A stretch of 64,000 nt of DNA from Balanoglossus misakiensis (lineage: Eukaryota > Animalia > Hemichordata). Where the stretch lies: assembly GCA_040954595.2 (NCBI GenBank), contig CM082593.2:9433200-9497199 (forward strand). The letters run 5' to 3'. Shown in pieces: positions 36,259 through 47,463 of the stretch. Below the pieces are notes generated by a model, which saw only the letters and a list, made by a program, of their open reading frames with translations, ran no database searches and was not told the origin of the DNA. Positions within the stretch are counted from its first letter, which is position 1; every line of letters starts with the position of its first letter. Position numbers and translations under genes: made by a program.

Positions 36259-38353
36259 CTACACAAGTCAGGACAAAGGGGTAATGGGGTCACAATCTGT
36301 GACTATGCCCCAGACACCATTGCCACAAGTAGCAGTTGGGGGTCGTCTGAAACATTTTGTCCAGGAATGGCAGAAAATTACAGACGACCAAACAGTCCTC
36401 TCTTTAGTTTCGGAAGGGGTTCGTCTGTTCTTCAGGACGTTTCCACCCCTTTCGTTGTATCCTCCAAGTCATTTGGTATCGCACCCTTCCCCTCCTATGT
36501 GGAGGGCCATACAGGGGCTGTTGGAAAAAGGGGCCATTCAAAAGGTCCCTTTACCAGTTCAGGATACTGGGTTTTTCAGTCGTGTTTTCCTTATTCCAAA
36601 GAAATCACAGGGATGGAGACCCATTTTGGACCTGAGCGTGCTCAATCAGTACATTATAATCGAGTCTTTCCGTATGGAAACCACTCGAACTATTCGTCAG
36701 GCTCTCTCCACGGGAGATTGGGCAACGACGATAGACTTGCAGGACGCTTATTTCCACATTCCTATCCATGCTCACTTCCAGAGGTACTTTCGCTTTGCGA
36801 TAGGGAGCAAACTGTTCCAGTTTGTGGCTCTTCCGTTCGGTTTGGCCACTGCCCCGGCTATTTTTACACGGGTAGTAGGGGCGTTGATGGCTTTTCTTCA
36901 TTCCCGAGCAGTACAAGCCAATCCATACCTGGACGACTGGTTGCTACACAATTCCAGTTTCCAGTTGACACTGGCAGACACACAAACCACACTACGGGAG
37001 ACCGTTCGTGTGGGGTTCATTCCGAGCACAGACAAGTCTTGTCTAATCCCCTCACAGAGGATCCAGTTCATTGGCATGGTCATGGATCTGTCCAAGGGTT
37101 TAGTTTTCCCTACGGAGGAAAACCTGTTGAAATTAGAACAACAAGTGCATCGGATCAGTTCAGAGTCCATGGTCCAAGCAAGCACATTGCTCAGCATCCT
37201 GGGTCGCATGAACTTTCTAGCCGAGGCAATACCTTTAGGCAGACTACATATGACGCCAATTCAACTGTTCCTGTTGGCTCATTGGAGGCCGGTATCCGGT
37301 CAGTTGACAGACCTTATTCAGGTAAAGCCACCTCTAGTTTCACACCTGCAATGGTGGCTAGACAGGGGGAATACTCTCGAGGGAAATCTCCTAGTATCCC
37401 CGTTGGCGACGGTGTCACTGTTTGTGGACGCATCTCTCCAAGGATGGGGTGCACACTTGGGAGACAGGACAATTTCAGGGATATGGTCAGTCGACCAGTC
37501 AGTGCGGCACATAAATTGGTTGGAAATGAAGGCAGTACAGTATGCACTTCTCCACTTTCACCAAGACATTTGCGGCAAGGTGATTCTGATCAGGTCAGAC
37601 AACACCACAGTAGTCGCATTTATAAATCACCAGGGCGGCACCAGATCACCCAGCCTGTGTTATCTGGTATGGGACATGCTGAATTGGTGCCAGGCGAACA
37701 GCATCACGCTGAAAGCACTCCACGTTCAGGGCACAAGCAACATTCTGGCAGATGCTCTATCACGGGACAAGTTCTATCCACTAGAGTGCGCTCTACGGCA
37801 ACCGCTAGTAGAGCAGATTTGTCTGATTTGGGACAGGCCCCACGTAGACCTATTTGCGACAGCCAAGAATCGCAAGTTCCCGATTTACGCGTCACTAAGG
37901 TCGGAACCACAAGCACTAGCATGCGACGCTCTGTCAATCAGCTGGAAGGGAATGTTGGCATATGCATTTCCCCCACTACCGTTGATCTCCAGGGTAATTT
38001 CCAAGGTAGCACACGAAGAATGCGAAATACTTCTAGTTGCACCACTATGGCCAACACGTCCTTGGTTTCCAAGACTACTCCAGTTACTGGTGGACTGTCC
38101 ACTGACATTACCACAGAATTGCATGGAGGAGACTGTTCGGCTGCCTCCGGTAGCACAACACCTTCACCTCCACGCTTGGAGACTATCAAGCTCAGTTTGC
38201 AGGCAAGAGGCTTTTCTGCAGAAGCTGCCTCGCGCATCGCACAACACCGACGAGCATCCACCACGGCAGCATATGATTCAAAGTGGTGTTCCTTTCGTCA
38301 TTGGTGTGAGAAAAGGTCGATTGATTTTCTCAGACCCACGCCTCCTCAGCTAG
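36164..38353 (+). CDS. DIRS reverse transcriptase / RNase H / methyltransferase-like ORF
   Basis: IDLQDAYFHIP, LPFGL, YLDDW; VDASLQGWG, HINWLE, RSDN, ADALSR; C-terminal VDLFA...YAFPP...VAPLWPTRPWF. Confidence 0.93.
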   Translation: MLGRDHLTSKGRVSPFVSRLSPPKWLAASTSDYTSQDKGVMGSQSVTMPQTPLPQVAVGGRLKHFVQEWQKITDDQTVLSLVSEGVRLFFRTFPPLSLYPPSHLVSHPSPPMWRAIQGLLEKGAIQKVPLPVQDTGFFSRVFLIPKKSQGWRPILDLSVLNQYIIIESFRMETTRTIRQALSTGDWATTIDLQDAYFHIPIHAHFQRYFRFAIGSKLFQFVALPFGLATAPAIFTRVVGALMAFLHSRAVQANPYLDDWLLHNSSFQLTLADTQTTLRETVRVGFIPSTDKSCLIPSQRIQFIGMVMDLSKGLVFPTEENLLKLEQQVHRISSESMVQASTLLSILGRMNFLAEAIPLGRLHMTPIQLFLLAHWRPVSGQLTDLIQVKPPLVSHLQWWLDRGNTLEGNLLVSPLATVSLFVDASLQGWGAHLGDRTISGIWSVDQSVRHINWLEMKAVQYALLHFHQDICGKVILIRSDNTTVVAFINHQGGTRSPSLCYLVWDMLNWCQANSITLKALHVQGTSNILADALSRDKFYPLECALRQPLVEQICLIWDRPHVDLFATAKNRKFPIYASLRSEPQALACDALSISWKGMLAYAFPPLPLISRVISKVAHEECEILLVAPLWPTRPWFPRLLQLLVDCPLTLPQNCMEETVRLPPVAQHLHLHAWRLSSSVCRQEAFLQKLPRASHNTDEHPPRQHMIQSGVPFVIGVRKGRLIFSDPRLLS

Positions 38354-39243
38354 CAGATTTTTTCCTCTGCTTGTTTAAGGAGAAAAAGACAGCAGTGAGC
38401 ACTATTAAGGCGTACCGTTCAGCTATAGGTAACACACTTCGATTGTTGGGTGAGGAAGTTACTACCCTGGACGGGTCTATTTCTGCTTTGATTAGTAATT
38501 TCTCTTTGGCGCGACCAGTTGTAAAGTCACTGGTTCCCCAGTGGAGTTTATCTTTGGTTCTACATGCTTTATTAGGAGCTCCATTTGAACCTTTGCAAAC
38601 AGCAGAGATGAAGTTCTTGACGTACAAGACTGTTTTTCTTTTGGCATTAGCTACGGCAGGTCGCCGTAGTGAGCTTCGTGCCCTGTCTATGGCTTCAGCT
38701 CATATTCGTTGGTCAGCAGACAGTGTCACTTTGCTTACTGACCCAGCTTTCTTGGCAAAGAATCGGATTGCGGATCTGCCACAATCGCCTCTGGTTATTC
38801 CGAAACTGACGAAGTTAGTCGGTCAGCGTTCAGAGGATAGGTTGCTCTGTCCTATCAGAGCACTGAAGTATTATTTGCAGAGAACAAAAGACAGGAGGGG
38901 AGAGCAGACAAGACTGTTTATCTCCATTAGGGTTACACCCAGTATGTCTATTTCACAGTCGACTATTTCCAGATGGATCGTCGAGACTATTAAGTTTGCT
39001 TATTCTAGCCCTTCAGAAGAAGCAATTAGCTGGGCTAAGGTGTCAGCTCATGAAGTCAGAGCTCTTGCTGCTTCATGGTCACTTTTTTCAGGGACTTCCA
39101 TGGCTGATTTATTGTCTGCAGTCCAGTGGAGATCACAGACTACTTTTTCCTCTGCTTATCTGCGAGATATGGTAGCGGAAGCAGATGGCTTATTTTCCTT
39201 GGGTCCTATCTGTGTAGCTCAAAGAGTAGCTCACAGTAAGTAA
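36367..39243 (+). CDS. DIRS tyrosine recombinase ORF with long N-terminal overlap of the RT frame
   Basis: C-terminal GRRSEL, LAKN, LLCPIRAL, AHEVRALAAS, WRSQTTFSSAY; open for 958 codons. Confidence 0.9.
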   Translation: MAENYRRPNSPLFSFGRGSSVLQDVSTPFVVSSKSFGIAPFPSYVEGHTGAVGKRGHSKGPFTSSGYWVFQSCFPYSKEITGMETHFGPERAQSVHYNRVFPYGNHSNYSSGSLHGRLGNDDRLAGRLFPHSYPCSLPEVLSLCDREQTVPVCGSSVRFGHCPGYFYTGSRGVDGFSSFPSSTSQSIPGRLVATQFQFPVDTGRHTNHTTGDRSCGVHSEHRQVLSNPLTEDPVHWHGHGSVQGFSFPYGGKPVEIRTTSASDQFRVHGPSKHIAQHPGSHELSSRGNTFRQTTYDANSTVPVGSLEAGIRSVDRPYSGKATSSFTPAMVARQGEYSRGKSPSIPVGDGVTVCGRISPRMGCTLGRQDNFRDMVSRPVSAAHKLVGNEGSTVCTSPLSPRHLRQGDSDQVRQHHSSRIYKSPGRHQITQPVLSGMGHAELVPGEQHHAESTPRSGHKQHSGRCSITGQVLSTRVRSTATASRADLSDLGQAPRRPICDSQESQVPDLRVTKVGTTSTSMRRSVNQLEGNVGICISPTTVDLQGNFQGSTRRMRNTSSCTTMANTSLVSKTTPVTGGLSTDITTELHGGDCSAASGSTTPSPPRLETIKLSLQARGFSAEAASRIAQHRRASTTAAYDSKWCSFRHWCEKRSIDFLRPTPPQLADFFLCLFKEKKTAVSTIKAYRSAIGNTLRLLGEEVTTLDGSISALISNFSLARPVVKSLVPQWSLSLVLHALLGAPFEPLQTAEMKFLTYKTVFLLALATAGRRSELRALSMASAHIRWSADSVTLLTDPAFLAKNRIADLPQSPLVIPKLTKLVGQRSEDRLLCPIRALKYYLQRTKDRRGEQTRLFISIRVTPSMSISQSTISRWIVETIKFAYSSPSEEAISWAKVSAHEVRALAASWSLFSGTSMADLLSAVQWRSQTTFSSAYLRDMVAEADGLFSLGPICVAQRVAHSK

Positions 39244-39792
39244 TAGCCTGGTTCTTTCTGTTGGAATTTTGTTTTTTCGGTTCAAGTCCCACCGCCAGTT
39301 GTTCCTTGGGACTCTGTAGGCTATAGGTTGGATCAAAGGTATGGTATTTATGCCATAGAAACAAAACATTTTTTATTTTCGTTTCTGTTAGTAAATACTC
39401 ACCTTTGATCCAACCAGATACCCACCCGCCTCCCCACACTTGACCTGTGACTGTTTTTCCATTATTCATAAATTTTGGATGGGTCCTCAGTGCGTGGGCA
39501 GCATAGTTTCGGCCTGAGCAGTTATTTCTCGTGCTGAGCAATACTGAATATTCACGGCTGGACAGGTGGTATATGTACTCGGTGAGTATGACGTAATCAG
39601 GGGAAAGTTTTTTATCTCAGCGGTCGTTAGAGGGCGAGATATATTAGGCTATAGGTTGGATCAAAGGTAAGTATTTACTAACAGAAATGAAAATAGAAAA
39701 TTTTTTGTTTTTATTCAATATTATTCTGGGTGTCACCCATCATTTCTTGTTCAGCTCGGTGAAGCTAGGTAAGCAATGTTGTTATTGTTTAA

Positions 39793-40394
39793 AGCCTCAG
39801 TATTTCTCGTAGGGGCAAAATTTTGTTTGAAACGGCATCTATAATTTCTAAAAGTAGATGATAATTGATACTGAATCGAACAGTCATCATCCCCAGCTCT
39901 GCTCATAAACTCATACAATTTACAATATAACGAGTGAAGAATGACTTTCTGTCCGGACAGAAAGTCACGTGAGTCAGGCTCCTGTTGACACACGTGACTA
40001 GTGCGCATGCGCACTCCAATGTGAATCTATGCGGAAGAGGTTTGGTCGCCCCAAATCAAGCGACTCAGCGAAGAAATGCGCACTAATTCGGCGAAATTTT
40101 GGGAAGATAACTTTATGGGAGAAATCAGTCGATGGAACCAGATCAAATCCGAAAATGGTCTGACCATCAAATGTCAAAGTGGCACGTTTGCTGATCGACG
40201 TGTACAACATTTCCGTTGTAAACAAACCCGCGCATCATTTCAAGTGTTACGGAAAATATTTACAGCTTGCATGTAGCTACAGTTGCCCAAACCTTTCTTC
40301 TATCTTCATTATGTAGTATTCCATGATGAATGTACAGGAAAAACGGGCATTTTTCGATGATGAAAAATGGATACACACGAGAAATACTCGGGCT
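39793..40394. mobile_element. Non-autonomous TTAA TIR element (Kolobok-like)
   Basis: TIR AGCCTCAGTATTTCTCGT / ACGAGAAATACTCGGGCT; TTAA duplicated; empty site TGTTTAAACATTG at about 29814-29826. Confidence 0.85.
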
Positions 40395-41493
40395 TTAAAC
40401 ATTGTATTCAAGCCTGGGTCTGGACTTGGATGCAATTTGTCAATAATAACAGTGATTGGTAACTGCATGTTTTCATAACTGGCTATCTGTTAAAGAGACC
40501 AGCTGTTCTTTTTGCTGTGTGTACAGTACACATGCCATTGGCAGCTTATGGCTTAGTCAGTGTTTGCCTGTTGATTTCTCTATGTGTGTGTGTCAGTCTG
40601 TCTGTATATGTACTCCGGTGTAGACTTTTTTATTGTGTTATCCCTGAATGGGACCACTGTGTCCTTAACGCGATGTTTTACACTCAGCAGCGATATTTTG
40701 TCTAACACGAGCAAAAATATCCCCAACTCGTCTGAGAAATCTTATACCAGGTCCTAAGGTTGTGAGATTTATGGAATCTCACACTCCCAAGACTTGGGAT
40801 CATATTTCTCACATGTGTTGAGGATTTTCTGTCCCAAACAAGCTGCAAGCGAGTGTTGGACAAAAAATCCCTGACGAGTGTGAGAAATATGATCCCAGGT
40901 CCTTCATGTATGAGATTATATTTCTCATACGGCCACAAATTAGCCAAATTCATCTGAAAACATTGAATAAATGACTCTTGAACTGTCATCTGGCATGTTG
41001 TAGTTTCTGTATCGCGTCATAGGATAACATTTAACACACGTTATTAAAGAACACTTTGTCATCCAATCAGCGATCGCGTCATATAAAGCTTTCGATTCAG
41101 TGAGAATGTGGGATTGATTTGTTCTCACACTCTGATCCCACACTCTCAGCATGCCAGGAGTGTGAGAATCTATTTAGATCTACGAGTTTGAAATCTTAGG
41201 TGAAGAGTTTATCAATTTCACTGCCAACCCTGTAGGGCATTCTGGGATATGTGTTCATGCCAAAGCACAAACAGTTATGACCTGACAGCTCAGTTTGTAG
41301 ATCATTTCTACAAATCCACAAAGAGACTCAAAGTTTAGAAAAGTTGTGTCTGTTAGAAATATTAGAAATATTACTGTTAATACTTAATTTCAAAGCCATG
41401 TGAATTTGTTCACTTTAGGGAAATTTTTAAAGGAAGGGAGGATTGGTATTGACTTGAATAATTACAATGGATGTTTTTGTTCTCTATTTTCAG

Positions 41494-41616
41494 ATGTGAA
41501 TAATGAGTGTTCAGATTCTGTTTGTGCTGGAGGGTGTCTCAATGCAGAGGGTGGATTCAGCTGTAATTGTGGTGATGATGGTTTCTCTCTGAGTGCAGAT
41601 CATGTCAATTGTTTAG
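41494..41616 (+). CDS. Calcium-binding EGF exon type c, open (copy 46269-46391)
   Basis: DVNNECSDSVCAGGCLNAEGGFSCNCGDDGFSLSADHVNCL; AG/GT, 123 bp, phase 1-1. Functional status unknown. Confidence 0.75.
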
Positions 41617-42047
41617 GTAAGTTTTTTTTGAGTGGGGAGGGGATAGACCAACAATTGCTTTGCATTTCCTGCCTCAAAAGGGCGCTTACACAAGTTGTAA
41701 GTGGCAAAGATTACAGCGAGTCACCATGTAAAAAAAATAATAAATAAAAGTTATCAGGCACTTTCCAAAGTTACACATTTAGAAAAAAATGAGTTTGTTG
41801 TCTCGTGTGTGATATTTTTGGCTAACAAAACACTAGCGTCTAATGTGGTTACTACATTGTTTGTTTATCAGTATACAGTACTGGTACAGATAAACATATG
41901 ATATGACCAAGTTATATGCCAGATGATATTTATCAAGTTTCACACAATTTTGCTCTCTTGTCGTATATTTTTTTCAAAGCCAACTGTACATGTAATTCAG
42001 ATGTATTCATTCAAACACAATTTATCATATTTGTGTTTTCCCCACAG

Positions 42048-42173
42048 ATGACAATGAGTGCGATCAAGCTGGTTGGTCACCGTGCCAACAAGTATGTTAC
42101 AACACACCAGCCAGTTACCAGTGTGGTTGTAGACCAGGATTTAAGTTGCACAGAAATCAACATACATGTGTTG
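42048..42173 (+). CDS. Calcium-binding EGF exon type d, open (acceptor-deleted copy about 46815-46922)
   Basis: [42 protein letters not shown]; AG/GT, 126 bp, phase 1-1. Confidence 0.75.
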
Positions 42174-43064
42174 GTGAGTATCTACAATTTGGAGAGAAAG
42201 TAAGATGTATGTGTTTGTACTATGTAAGTGTCTAATACATGTACAGGTATATGTGACACTGAAATCATACATTGTACAGTCAGTCATTGGTAAATGTCTG
42301 CTATTCATGACACAAATCAACATACAGTCAAACCTGTCTGAGTGGCCACCTCTATGAAACAGCCACATATATATAGTGGCCACTTTATTCTGGTCCCTGT
42401 GTAATTTACATCCGCTTTAATTGACTTTTCTACCAGGTATAATGGCCACCTGTCTATAAAGGCCAGTTTAGGAAAGTCCCTTCACTAGCCATAATGGGCA
42501 GGTTTGACTGCACTTGTGTTAATTTCTGTCTGTTATACATGTAACAGAACACTTCATGAATCATGACATTATAGGTGTTTTCATAAAGAGGGCACACTTC
42601 CAAAATAAGGTGTCATCTCCAAGCAGACAATGTGAAAAAGGAGGCCAGTAGGTTACAGAGTACTGCTTGAGCTCATCTAGTTTGTTGTATACATGATACA
42701 AGTTGCGTGTAAAACTGACCTTACAATAAAATGTGGCTGTCGAAAGTCAGTCCCAACTATAGTGTTGATACACAAGACAATTGAGTTTTTACTCTGGCCT
42801 CGTGTTCGCGTCTTGGAAGGGTAACATGACTGCATAGCAATGTTTTATTACAATTTGATACATAGAGAAATGGACTACTGTGACAGTATTGACTCTGGGA
42901 ACTATGTAAATGATTCCCAGCCTCAAAATTCTGACTGTCTACAATTATATTTTTTAGCATTTTTGTTGTGTATATCAACTGCACTTTCAAGTACAGTCAA
43001 ACCCGTCTAACACCAAAGGGACTGAAGAAATTATTCAGATTGCAGGTGTCCAATTTAAATTTTC

Positions 43065-45565
43065 TCTCCTGTCACAAAAATTTCATGGGAATTCTAATTC
43101 TAAAAGGAAAACTCATTTGATAAAAGATCTCAAAGTCAAGTTTTGGATGTGGCTCCAGTTCAAGTATTGTATGTGATTAATTTTCTGGAGCTCAAGTCTG
43201 TATACTTAAAGTAGAGTTGGTCACATGGACTTGGGTAATCTGAGTGTGGTCAGAAATTGAACTTACACACATTGATTGAGTTAAGAACATGTCTGGTGTA
43301 TTACTGTAATATGACTAGATACTGCAAATGCATTAACTATAAGCGTTTGTTAAAATATGCAGTTTTCATCGACATATCTGATTCACAAAATTAAATACAC
43401 ATGTTCATTAAAACCCACTATGATAGAGCGCCCCCACTGTTCAGAATGTCAATGTTGAAGTCCTACATCTATGACGTCATGCCTAGCTGTCAATGTTAAC
43501 TGATATGTACTTGTACTACTAGTAAATGGAAGTACTTTAAAGTAAAGCTCAGATGCAAGGGTTTTGTAAAATAAATATAATATTAAAACGTTGCCATCAT
43601 TTTAGTCCTTTGGAACAGCGGTCCAATTGACTAATGTGATCACTCTGTGTGCGGCATATGGCATATTAAGCATTTAGCATTTTTCAATCAGAAGCCGTTA
43701 ATCCTGTGATTAATTCTGCTTCTTGCAACATTGATTTTAAATCACCACACATGAATATTTTTGTCCAAAGGACTGTGGTGCCCAAGTTTTTATGATGAGA
43801 TAATCAAACAGTGAAATTCACTGAAGAAGTGTGTGAGCACTTGCCCTATCATTGTTCAATGAAAGGTGACCACCAAACTCAGCAAGGAGAATTCATCTGA
43901 CGCCTTGAGCATACCAACAACAACCAATGTATTGAAAATACTTTCTGAAACCTTTCAGTCGATGTTGCTTGATGTATATTGTATGACTGGACTCGATCAT
44001 TAGGTTTTTTTGCATTGACATTTTCAACAGCGTATCAAACTATTTTTTATTTCAGTTCATCATCGTAGTGATGGTACGTGCCATGCTTTTGTTTCTTCGT
44101 GTGTGAAGTGACATCATTGTTGACAGTTACAATCTGATCAGGTGACATGCCACATTGGTATATTTTGTCAACATCAACAGTATTGTTTTAATGTGGTTGA
44201 CTGACATCACTTGGGGTTGGATAAAGTGCTTTCTGAGCAATATTATAACAGCAGCTATCAAGAATGTAAAAAATATTGAAAACAGGCCATATCCTTAGCA
44301 TTCCCTTTCATATTGTGTCTGCATTGCAATTGGTGATGTACAAAGTCCTTTTGACAACATGCATGGCTGGTTTGTTGTTGTTTTTTGTAAGAAACAAGTC
44401 TTTGATTTCCTGACTGCTAATTGCTGTCTTTGTACTACACTTCTAGTAATATCTCCATTTCTAGCTTTGCACCTCACATTTAATAAATAGACTTGTGGAT
44501 GTTTTGACACTTCTTGACAATGAAAGTGTATGGTTGCAGTGATCAAATGATACACAAATCAAAGGAACAAAGAGTGACTTTTCATTCTTTTGAGAACCTT
44601 GCATTCTTATATTTAAATGCTTGCCCACTGGCCCTAGGTGTAAAATAGCAAAATTTTATCCATTTACTATATTAAAAAAATATTGTGCCAAAGAGTTGGA
44701 AGTCCAAATATCTTTACTTAATAATTTAATACTTTAATAATTACTCACAGTTTCCCTTAAGGTTTGGCCAACCTCTGGTGAAAGGATGACTTGTGATATA
44801 GTGTTTTAAATTGGAATATAATATGAGGTTATTACGAAAATACCGCAAAGTATGCACAAGGACATTAGCGCCAAGTATCTCCCGACGCGTAGCGGAGGGT
44901 GATGCGCTGCGCTAATGTCCGAGTGCATACTTTGCGGTATTTTTGTAATAACCTTATTATTATACATCTTACATCTCCGTTAGTTCTTGTGTTGCATGTT
45001 ACTTGGCTTTTAAAACGCCCAAAATGCCGATACAATCGATCGTAAACCGCTCAGCTGAAACAGTGAGCAGCCTTCTTTCTTTTTTGTTTACGTGCGTTGG
45101 AGCGGGGGTGTCTTGAAACCGTCTGCATAACAACACATACCTGTACAAAGTGAGTTGGGGTGCCTTGAAACTTGGGGCGTATTTAACACGTGTTACGTAT
45201 GTACTATTCCGTACAGCTTTTTTAGTGCACGCTAAATTCTACTGTTCTCGGTGCCAGATGTATAATAAATACATATATTTTAAATATTTCATATTTTCAA
45301 TCTAAAAGAGGGAGCTGCTTCCTCAAAATATAATTGACTGTCAGAATGAAAGGCAAGCAATTCAGGCAAGTTAACTCTAACACAACAACTCTTCAATTAA
45401 ATAATTGACATCAGACAACCACAAAGGCGATATTCAATTAATTTGTATGAATTCAAATGCAGTTAACAGATTTAAAATTACTGGTAGGCGTAGATTTTGT
45501 CAGCGTTTTCCTTCATGAGTTACTTTGCTATTAGTTTGTTCTGTGTAGTTGAATTGAACAGTGTT
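43065..45565 (+). repeat. Segment duplicated (diverged) at about 60020-62150
   Basis: Colinear similarity, e.g. GGAGCTCAAGTCTGTATACTT...GGTCACATGGACTTGGG and GGGAGCTGCTTCCTCAA in both. Confidence 0.85.
44823..45268 (+). mobile_element. Non-autonomous Crypton-like hairpin element (family 2)
   Basis: Hairpin about 44823-44957 with apex CCC-GA-CGC-GTA-GCG-GA-GGG; adjacent TTATTATACATCT is inverted at the right end (AGATGTATAATAA, 45256-45268); absent from the paralog near 61850; no TSD seen. Confidence 0.75.
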
Positions 45566-47463
45566 TGGTCTGTTCATAGTACTGTACAAGTGTCATATTT
45601 CTCACATGAGTTGGGGATTTTCTGTCCCAAACAAGCTGCAGGCGATTGTGGGACAAAATATCAATGACGAGTGTGAGAAATATGATCCTGGGTCCTTGGT
45701 GTATGAGATTGTATTTCTCACACGGCTACAAATTAGCCAAATTCGTTAAATAAATGACTCTTGAACTGTCATCTGGCACATTGTAGATTCTGTATCGCGT
45801 CATTGGATAACATTTAGCACATGTTGTTAAAGAACTCTTTGTCATCCAATCAGCGCTCGCATCATATACAGCTTTCGATTCAGTGAGAATGTGGGATTGA
45901 TTTGTTCTCACACTCTGATCCAACACTCTCAGCATGCCAGGAGTGTGACAATCTATTACAAGTTTGAAATCTTAGGTGAAGAGTTTATCAATCTCACTGC
46001 CAACCCTGTAGGGCATTCTGGGATATGTGTTCATGCCAAAGCACAAACAGCCATGACCTGACAGCTCAGTTTGTAGATCATTTCTACAAATCCACAAAGA
46101 GACTCAAAGTTTAGAAATGTTGTGTCGGTTAGAAATATTAGACGTATCACTGTTAATACTTTATTTCAAAGCCATGTGAATTTGTTCACATTAGGGAAAT
46201 TTTTAAAGGAAGGGAGGATTGGTATTGACTTGAATAATTACAATGGATGTTTTGTTCTCCATTTTCAGATGTGAATAATGAGTGTTCAGATTCTGTTTGT
46301 GCTGGAGGGTGTCTAAATGCAGAGGGTGGATTCAGCTGTAGTTGTGGTGATGATGGTTTCTCTCTGAGTGCAGATCATGTCAATTGTTTAGGTAAGTTTT
46401 TTTTGAGTGGGGAGGGGATAGACCAACAATTGCTTTGCATTTCCTGCCTCAAAAGGGCGCTTACACATGTTGTATGTGACAAAGATTACAGCGAGTCACC
46501 ATGTAAAAAAAATAATAAATAAAAGTTATCAGGCACTTTCCAAAGTTACACATTTAGAAAAAAATGAGTTTGTTGTCTCGTGTGTGATATTTTTGGCTAA
46601 CAAAACACTAGCTTCTAATGTGGTTACTACATTGTTTGTTTATCAGTATACAGTACTGGTACAGATAAACATATGATATGACCAAGTTATATGCCAGATG
46701 ATATTTATCAAGTTTCACACAATTTTGCTCTCTTGTCGTATATTTTTTCAAAGCCAACTGTACATGTAATTCAGATGTATTCATTCAAACACAATTTATC
46801 ATATTTGTGTTTTCAAGCTGGTTGGTCACCATGCCAACAAGCATGTTACAACACACCAACCAGTTACCAGTGTGGTTGCAGACCAGGATTTAAGTTGCAC
46901 AGAAATCAACAAACATGTGTCGGTGAGTATCTACAATTGGGAGAAAGTAAGATGTAGGTATTTGTGCAATGTAAGTGTCCAATACATGTACATATGTGAC
47001 ACTGAAATTACACATTGTACACTCAATAATTGGTAAATGTCTATTATTCATGACACAAATCAACATACAGTCAAACCTCTGTGACTGGCCACCTCTATTA
47101 AACAGCCACCTCTATATAGTGCCCACTTTATTCTAGTCCCTGTGTAATTTATATCTACATTAATTGACTTTTCTACCAGGTATAATGGCCACCTGTCTAT
47201 AAAGGCCAGTTTAGGAAAGTCCCTTCACTAGCCATAATGGACAGGTTTGACTGCACTTGTGTTGATTTCTGTCTGTAATACGTGTAACACAATCATAAAA
47301 TTTTTCATAAAGAGGGCACACTTCCAAAATAAGGTGTCATCTCCAAGCAGACAATGTGAAAAAGGAGGCCAGTTGGTTACTGTTGGAGTACTGCTCGAGC
47401 TCATCTACTTTGTTGTATACATGATACAAGTTGCGTGTAAAACTGACCTTACAATAAAATGTG

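Larger units (their letters stand above)
34051..39710 (+). mobile_element. DIRS1-type tyrosine-recombinase retrotransposon, full length
   Basis: Left ITR about 34051-34217, right ITR about 39527-39669 plus extension to 39707; internal complementary region about 39318-39415 complementary to both termini; TTT at both ends; empty site GAATTTTTATTC at about 29656-29667. Confidence 0.95.

Noticed and set aside
43900-44260. Minus-strand remnant resembling a helix-turn-helix (YDDELK.KI..YAVEN), also near 60900-61020
   Set aside because: Short, interrupted by stops, and not assignable without a profile search.
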